From NCBI GenBank assembly GCA_000388065.2, contig KB932205.1: a stretch of 13,448 bases of DNA, one strand, 5' to 3'. The notes under the pieces are model-generated. The model was not told the DNA's origin. It saw nothing but the letters and a program-made list of their open reading frames with translations, and ran no database searches. The translations under genes were made by a program, and so were the position numbers. Within the stretch, counting starts at the first letter, position 1. Each line of letters starts with the position of its first letter. This document shows positions 7,501-13,448 of the stretch, in pieces. This DNA comes from Fonticula alba ATCC 38817. Taxonomy: Eukaryota > Protista > Nucleariida.

Positions 7501-9614
7501 ATGGGGGGCCGAGCCAAAGCAAAGTGCGAGACACGAGGGGAGGGGGCTGCCCAGGGGGCCCCGCGCGCCGACGTCAGCTTCCTCCGAGAGCACGCAAGCA
7601 GCCTGGTGCGCATCGCCCCCTCGCGCCGTGTCCCGTCGGGTGCGGCCCCGGAGCAGGGGGCTCCCAGGCATGCGGATGATAGCGCCTGGCCGGGGGCCAG
7701 TCGCATTCCATGGTAGCCCTCCAGATCTCGGATCTGGAGCGGTGAAACATTCAGAATGCGATCTTGATCGGGGCGCGTGTGTTTCCGGGGGTGGCCGTGT
7801 CGTGGTCTCAATCTCCCCCCGGACGGGTGACACCGCGAGGCCTCGGGGGGCACCATGCGCCCATAATCCAGGATTAATATATGCTAATGAGTATGCATGG
7901 GGCCAAACTCGGCCGGGGGTCGAAGCATGCGCACGGGCCCCATGTGCCCCGATTGCTGTGGCCCAGGCAGGGCGCCGGGGTGAATTGCTCGCGTCAGGCC
8001 ACTGGCTGCCGGGGCGAGGCGCGACCGGCCGGCGCGTGTGCATGATGTGTGTCCTTGGATCGGGGTGCTGGTGCGCGGTGAGGCCTTTGTCCCGGCTCCC
8101 GGCGGCCGTTTGCTCGCTGCCCGACTTCCGGCATGTGGGACTCACAGGAGGAGCTTGTCGCGTGCGCCGACGACCGGGGGCCGGCCCGGGGGAGGCGCAT
8201 CCCGCCGGCGGCGCACGTTGCTGCCAGAAGGATCTCCCACTTTTCCGGATGTGTGGGCCTGGACATTGGGCGAAGTGCTGCCCTGTGCCGGGGCCGGCCC
8301 ACGTGTGTGCCTGGGCGCGCGGGGGACGGCGGGGGATAGCCTCATCTTGCCGCCGCGCGGATGGCCTGCCGGTGCGCCCCCGGGTGGGGCTGCTCTTGTG
8401 TGGTCGGGCCTCGACCGGGGAGGGTCCTTCTCTAGGCGATCCGGCGATCGGTGTGTTTCCCTGCCCGGGCGCCTGGCGCCGGGGCCCCGGGATCTGGCCC
8501 TGCGCGGCGCGCACTCGCGCGCGAGCCACCCCCCTGGCCGGGGTCATAGGAGCATGCCGGCTTCCCGGGCCGCCCCGCTGGCCAGAGAGGCACACCGCCC
8601 TGGCGATCCCCCCCCCCCCCCCCGGCGCGAGGGCATCCTCCCGTATCCCGGGCAGCAAGGGGGGACGGGGGGCGCGCCGCCATGGGGCTCCGGCGTGTGT
8701 CGATCGTTGCGAACTGCGCGCCGGCAAAGGCCCGGCAGGAGCCGTTCGAAGGGGGACTGTGACACGCGCGAGTCGGGTCCCACTCTCGGCCGGGGCGTGT
8801 GTCCGCGCTGTCGGCAGGCAAGGGCAGCCTAGGTGGTCCACGGTGCGTCAACTCCCATGCAGGGCCCCCATGGCCCAGGTCCCGCATGGCCGGCACCTTC
8901 CCTCGTCCCACCACACCGTTTCATCCTTTGGGGCGCACATGGCACGGGTGTAAGTGCGCGCGCGCATGGGAAGGGGCGCGGGGTGCAACGGGCCGGGATC
9001 CGCCAGCACCGCCGAACACCCGGCGTCCCGGGCCCGGATGCGTCGGCAAGTCCGCGCCGTTGTCGTCATGCTCACCCCCCACCCCCCGGGCAATCCCGAC
9101 CAGCGCCCCAGCGAATGTGCCTCCCCGAGCGGCATCTACACGTCGGCCCCGCCGATCGGGCCAGATACCGGGCGGGCGAGATGCCGGCTGTCAGGCTGGG
9201 CTGCTGGCCGGCCGCGCAAATTGCCCTCCCGCCTCGTCTTTCCGAAGGCCAATTCCATGTGCGATCTCTGTCACAGGCCGCAAGAGGGGGCCGGAGGGTG
9301 GGAGGGGGGGCGGGGCTGCCGCACAGCGTAGCCACCGGGGAGGCGCGTCCACTTGTCCGTGGCCGGCAACACGCCGGTGCCATCGCCCCACACTTCTGGC
9401 GGCGTGCGGAAGCTCGGGGTGCGTGGTGCGCTCGACGAGGCGTGCCAACCCTTCGGCGGCATTTCTCCCTTTTGCTCGTGGTGGGCACGCGCGACCGCCT
9501 GACACGATGCCTGCTCGGTGCCTGCGGCCTGGCGGCAAGCGGGGGAGCGCACGCCGGTCTCAGTCGCAAGCTCGGCCCCGCGCGGATGGCCATGCCGTTT
9601 CTTTACGGGCCCAG

Positions 9615-9634
9615 CGCGCGCGCGCGCGCGCGCG
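9615..9634. repeat. (CG)10 alternating repeat (Z-DNA or hairpin-prone)
   Basis: Read directly from the sequence; self-complementary. Confidence 0.92.
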
Positions 9635-10384
9635 TCAGACCCCGGAGGCATGTTCTTCGGGCGGGGTGGCGCGGGCTCCGGCCCACGTCCGGCGCATGGT
9701 GGTGCTCCCGGGTCGTGCCGCGTGAAAATACGCCCTCCCAGCGGTAGGGCAGCGGGCGACCGACCGCCGGTGCTGCTCTCCTGGTCGGTCGGGGGGGGGG
9801 GGGGGGCAAGTCCCTCCCCTTGCCCCTCCGCCCGGCGTGCATGAGTCACTGGTGCGTGCGCATGGGCGCCATACACCGGGCAGGTGCCCCTGGGCGTGTG
9901 GCATCCGGCCCGCTGCCGGAGGCCTCCCTCTGCGGGTGTGTTGCCCGACCATGGCCACCCGCGCTCGGGGCCGATGCATGCTGGGTGATCGTTTCGCGGC
10001 CCCGCCTCGCGGCGCCCCACGCGGCATTCGCCCCTGGCACGGGGCCGAGGGCGGCCATTGGAGCAAAAGATAATCACCCACACCAGTCAATCCTCCGACT
10101 GTGCTCGAGGCGCCCCTGGCAATTTTCACCCCACGGCTCGGCCCCCGGCGCCCGACGCCGGTCCTTAAAAGACGCCCGGCGCCCCACTCCCGGACGAAAC
10201 CCGGTCGAGTGTTCCCTTCCCCGAAAGTCAGAGGATCCCTCGCGCCGCGTTCGGCCGGCCACACGACCCGGTGGGGCGCCCCCGGCCCGTCCGACATCGT
10301 GGCTCGCCGGCCGATCGTTGGGAAGTGCGGCCCGCCAATCGCCCCACTTCCAGGGGGCCGCACAAGGGCGCCGGCCAGGGGAGC

Positions 10385-10399
10385 GGGCGGGCGGGTGGG
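10385..10399 (+). other. Canonical G-quadruplex motif GGGCGGGCGGGTGGG
   Basis: Four G3 tracts with 1-nt loops, lying within a GAGCGGGCGG direct repeat (10381-10390, 10401-10410). Confidence 0.6.
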
Positions 10400-10535
10400 C
10401 GAGCGGGCGGACGGGCACCGATCGGGCCGTGCTCCCGGCGCCCGCCAAGATGGTGCCCCACGTCCCACGGGTCCCGCGCAAGGATCGCCGCGAGCGGGGT
10501 CTTCTCTTCGGGCGCGCCTGGGACACTCCCCCCCC

Positions 10536-10871
10536 NNNNNNNNNNNNNNNNNNNNNNNNNNNNNNNNNNNNNNNNNNNNNNNNNNNNNNNNNNNNNNNNN
10601 NNNNNNNNNNNNNNNNNNNNNNNNNNNNNNNNNNNNNNNNNNNNNNNNNNNNNNNNNNNNNNNNNNNNNNNNNNNNNNNNNNNNNNNNNNNNNNNNNNNN
10701 NNNNNNNNNNNNNNNNNNNNNNNNNNNNNNNNNNNNNNNNNNNNNNNNNNNNNNNNNNNNNNNNNNNNNNNNNNNNNNNNNNNNNNNNNNNNNNNNNNNN
10801 NNNNNNNNNNNNNNNNNNNNNNNNNNNNNNNNNNNNNNNNNNNNNNNNNNNNNNNNNNNNNNNNNNNNNNN
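10536..10871. other. Assembly gap (336 N) in intergenic DNA next to poly-C runs
   Basis: N run preceded by C8 and followed closely by C31 (10906-10936). Confidence 0.98.
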
Positions 10872-10903
10872 CGAGCGATCTCCCCGTCTCTCCTTGTGTT
10901 CCC

Positions 10904-10939
<36 letters not shown>

Positions 10940-11311
10940 CCCCTGCACCCTCCAATGGCTTTCGCTCGCCCTTTCCCCGGCGTTTGGCGGTCTCCCGTGT
11001 CGCCTGCCCGTGGTCCGTCCATTGCCGACTTCGATGTCGCCGACATGGCCGCCTGTCCCCCTCCCCCAGCCCATGTGCCGGGGTGCTTGCCTCAACTCCG
11101 GGGGCTTCCCCGCTGCCGCCACCAGGCCACCTCGCTCCGGGTGTGAGCGCGCGACGCACACGCCAAGCAGCCTGGGCGCTTCTCGGCAAGGGGAGGGCAC
11201 AGCCGGGCCCCCGCAGGACAGAGAGCAGCCACGGCAACCGGCGCCGGCAAAGGCATGTGCCGGCCCGGGGGAGGGACCTCGCGCATGCTCGCCAGCCCCC
11301 TGACAGCCAGA

Positions 11312-11319
11312 CATAAAAG
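11312..11319 (+). promoter_or_regulatory. TATA-like element CATAAAAG, about 130 nt upstream of the gene 3 ATG
   Basis: One mismatch from TATAAAAG and an isolated A-rich word in GC-rich DNA at a plausible distance. No transcript evidence. Confidence 0.35.
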
Positions 11320-11450
11320 CCCCGGGACTAGGGGGCATCGTCTGGCCCCAGCGAAAGAGTCCCCCCCCCCCCCCCCCCCGCAGTCCTCATCTACCCCTCC
11401 CCTCCATCTCGCGTGCCTCGCGTGTCCTTGTGCGCGCGCCCCCGTCCACC

Positions 11451-13448
11451 ATGGCCGAGCATCCGCGACTGCGGCCCGGCCGAGGGCCCGCCCCGAGAGC
11501 CGAGCTCCTCCTGCTGACACTGCTGGCAGGCGTGATCCTGCCGACGCTCAGCTCCACCCGGCACACGGGGCCCTCAGGCCTGGCCCTTGCGGCGGCCCCG
11601 GCCGCGCCTTCCCCCTCGACCGTGGCTGCCGCGGCCGTGGCGGCCCACACGGCCACCCACCGGGCCGACGTCGTGGCCGCCGCCTGCGCCCCGAATTGCA
11701 CCCTCTGCCCGGACGGCGCCTGCCAGGACTGCGCCTCGGGCTACATTCTGAATATCTTCGACGAGGCGGGCCCCTGTGTGACCGAGTGCCCGCCGGCCTA
11801 TCCCAGCCTCTATGTGGAGAATGGCAGTGCCATCTGCTGGCCGGAGATGATCCGCGGGTGTGTCATGCTGCGCCAGGGCGCCCGCCTGCCGTACGAGTGC
11901 ATCGAGTGCCAGCCCGGCCGGTACCTGTCCAATGGGAATTGCCCCGTCTGCCCGGAGGGCTGCACCGCATGCTCCAGCGCCACCAGCTGCACTGCCTGCG
12001 CCGCCGGCAGGCTTCACCACCTGGGCCAGCAGTGTGTGTCCTCCTGCCCGGACGGGTACCACGCCAGCGGGTCAGTCTGCCGGGCGTGCTCGGCCAGCTG
12101 CAAGACCTGCGCCGGGGCCGCCAGCTGCTCCAGCTGCCCCAGCGGCAAGATCCTGCACAGTGGGTCCTGCCTGTCCGGCTGCCCCACCGGCACCTACCTG
12201 TCGGGGGGCTCGTGCGTCAGCTGCTCGGCCAATTGCGCGGCCTGCACCGGGGCCAACTCGTGCACCTCCTGCCAGGGTGGCTGGTTCCGCCACGGGGGCG
12301 CCTGCGTGCGCACCTGCCCGGCCAGGACCTTCCCCGACCCGGGGCAGGGCGCCTGCCTGTCGTGCGGGGCCCATTGCGACGAGTGCCGCAGCGCCACCAA
12401 CTGCCAGGCCTGCCAGCCGAACTACTTCCTGTCAGCCGGCGCCTGTCGCAGCACCTGCCCCACGGGCTCCTACCCGGACACAGGCAGCCGGAGCTGCGCC
12501 GCCTGCCCGGCCACCTGCTCCGCCTGCCAGTCGGCGTCCGTCTGCTCGGCCTGCAAGCCGGGCAGCTTCCTGGAGGGCGGGTCTTGTGGCGGCTCCTGCC
12601 CGGCTGGCAAGTATGCCAACGCCCAGAGCCACACCTGCACCGGCTGCCCCGCCGGCTGCGCCACCTGCACCAGTGCCACCTCGTGTGGGTCCTGCGCCGG
12701 GGGCTACTTCCTGAGCGGCTCGGCCTGCGTCACTGCCTGCCCGGCGGGCACCTTCAAGGACCCGGCCAATGGCACGTGCACCGGCTGCCGGACCGGCTGC
12801 GCCACCTGCTCCGGTGCCACGTCCTGTGACTCCTGCAGCACCGGCTACTTCCTGCATGGCGCCTCCTGCGGCACTGCCTGTCCCGGGGGCACCTTCGGCG
12901 ATGTTGCCGACAACGCCTGCGCCGCGTGCGGCACCGATTGCGCCTCGTGCACCGGGCGCGACAGTTGCACTGCCTGTGCCGCGGGCCGGCTCCTGCACCA
13001 GGGCGCCTGCGTGGGCGCCTGTCCTCCGGGCACCTTCGCCAATGGCCCGGGCACCGTCTGCCATGCCTGCCCGTCCGGCTGCTCGACCTGCCAGTCGGAC
13101 ACGGTGTGCTCGGCCTGCAAGCCGGGCAGCTACCTGGAGGGCACCTCCTGCCAGGAGACCTGCCCGCCCGGGAAGTTCGCCAACCGCCACGATGGCACCT
13201 GCACCGCCTGCATGGCCGAGTGTGCCACCTGCCCCGATGCCCTGTCGTGTGGCTCCTGCTCTGCGGGCGCCTTTTTGACCGGGGCCAGGTGCGAGGCTTC
13301 CTGCCCCGAGGGGACCTTTGGCGATGTGGCCAGCAATGTGTGTGTCGCCTGCGGCCCCGACTGCGACTCCTGCGCCAGTGCCACTGCTTGCACGGCCTGC
13401 AGCCCGGGCTCGCCGCTGCACAACGGCGCCTGCCTTCCCGCCTGCGAC
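11451..13448 (+). CDS. Third paralog with signal peptide, Ala/Pro linker, Cys-rich head and at least 10 furin-like repeats; 3'-partial (666 codons in the window), so TM and kinase status are unknown
   Basis: ATG in strong Kozak-type context (CCACCATGG). My translation is stop-free to the window end: MAEHPRLRPGRGPAPRAE-LLLLTLLAGVIL (h-region 11505-11540), head 11685-11939 (CAPNCTLC...CWPEMIRGC...YECIEC), and modules from 11940 including starts at 12495, 12636, 12777, 12918, 13059, 13200 and 13341. Missing from the ORF track because it has no stop within the window. Confidence 0.92.
   Translation, partial: MAEHPRLRPGRGPAPRAELLLLTLLAGVILPTLSSTRHTGPSGLALAAAPAAPSPSTVAAAAVAAHTATHRADVVAAACAPNCTLCPDGACQDCASGYILNIFDEAGPCVTECPPAYPSLYVENGSAICWPEMIRGCVMLRQGARLPYECIECQPGRYLSNGNCPVCPEGCTACSSATSCTACAAGRLHHLGQQCVSSCPDGYHASGSVCRACSASCKTCAGAASCSSCPSGKILHSGSCLSGCPTGTYLSGGSCVSCSANCAACTGANSCTSCQGGWFRHGGACVRTCPARTFPDPGQGACLSCGAHCDECRSATNCQACQPNYFLSAGACRSTCPTGSYPDTGSRSCAACPATCSACQSASVCSACKPGSFLEGGSCGGSCPAGKYANAQSHTCTGCPAGCATCTSATSCGSCAGGYFLSGSACVTACPAGTFKDPANGTCTGCRTGCATCSGATSCDSCSTGYFLHGASCGTACPGGTFGDVADNACAACGTDCASCTGRDSCTACAAGRLLHQGACVGACPPGTFANGPGTVCHACPSGCSTCQSDTVCSACKPGSYLEGTSCQETCPPGKFANRHDGTCTACMAECATCPDALSCGSCSAGAFLTGARCEASCPEGTFGDVASNVCVACGPDCDSCASATACTACSPGSPLHNGACLPACD

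Noticed and set aside
8741-8756. GTTCGAA resembling a tRNA T-loop or Pol III B-box
   Set aside because: The flanks do not pair into a T-stem, and I see no cloverleaf or A-box.
10152-10200. Hammerhead-ribozyme-like GTCC...GGACGAAAC
   Set aside because: Stem II and GAAAC are suggestive, but the required upstream CTGANGA core is absent (the sequence there is CCGACGCCG).
1983-10424. Six CGATCG hexamers (1983, 8445, 8701, 9153, 10312, 10419), reminiscent of cyanobacterial HIP1
   Set aside because: None is the full GCGATCGC, the count is small for GC-rich DNA, and the context is eukaryotic.
6908-11450. Long ORFs on both strands between genes 2 and 3 (e.g. 7106-8953, 6877-8841, 9635-11338)
   Set aside because: Arg/Pro/Gly-rich, span N gaps and satellites, and show no recognisable motifs, including transposase, RT or kinase. 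A small spliced gene cannot be fully excluded without RNA data.
1-13448. CRISPR array, rRNA, or transposon termini (TIR, LTR, TSD)
   Set aside because: Repeats are in-frame coding modules or simple satellites. I found no constant-repeat with unique-spacer pattern and no paired terminal repeats.

Overview
This is GC-rich eukaryotic DNA with short GT-AG introns and three assembly gaps (5301-6185, 7305-7466, 10536-10871). It holds a head-to-tail array of three paralogous + strand genes for single-pass type-I membrane proteins whose ectodomains are tandem 45-49 aa, 8-Cys furin-like (growth-factor-receptor Cys-rich) modules. Gene 1 (<1-1794, three introns) has modules, a TM helix and a Ser/Thr-type TKL-like kinase domain. 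Gene 2 (3709 to about 6907) has a signal peptide, a Cys-rich head, modules, a TM helix and an intron donor at the same position as in gene 1, but no kinase domain follows. Gene 3 (11451->13448, not in the ORF track because it is open at the window end) has a signal peptide, head and at least 10 modules. Gene style and composition resemble the receptor-like kinases I recall from the aggregative amoeba Fonticula alba; this is unverified inference. The most interesting signals are a kinase-bearing plus apparently kinase-less paralog pair, nucleotide evidence of module shuffling within and between paralogs, divergent N-terminal heads on a fixed Cys scaffold, and three stop-free 3n introns. Intergenic DNA is rich in poly-C, GA, AC, GGC and CG repeats. 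No RNA genes, mobile elements or CRISPR arrays are supportable.
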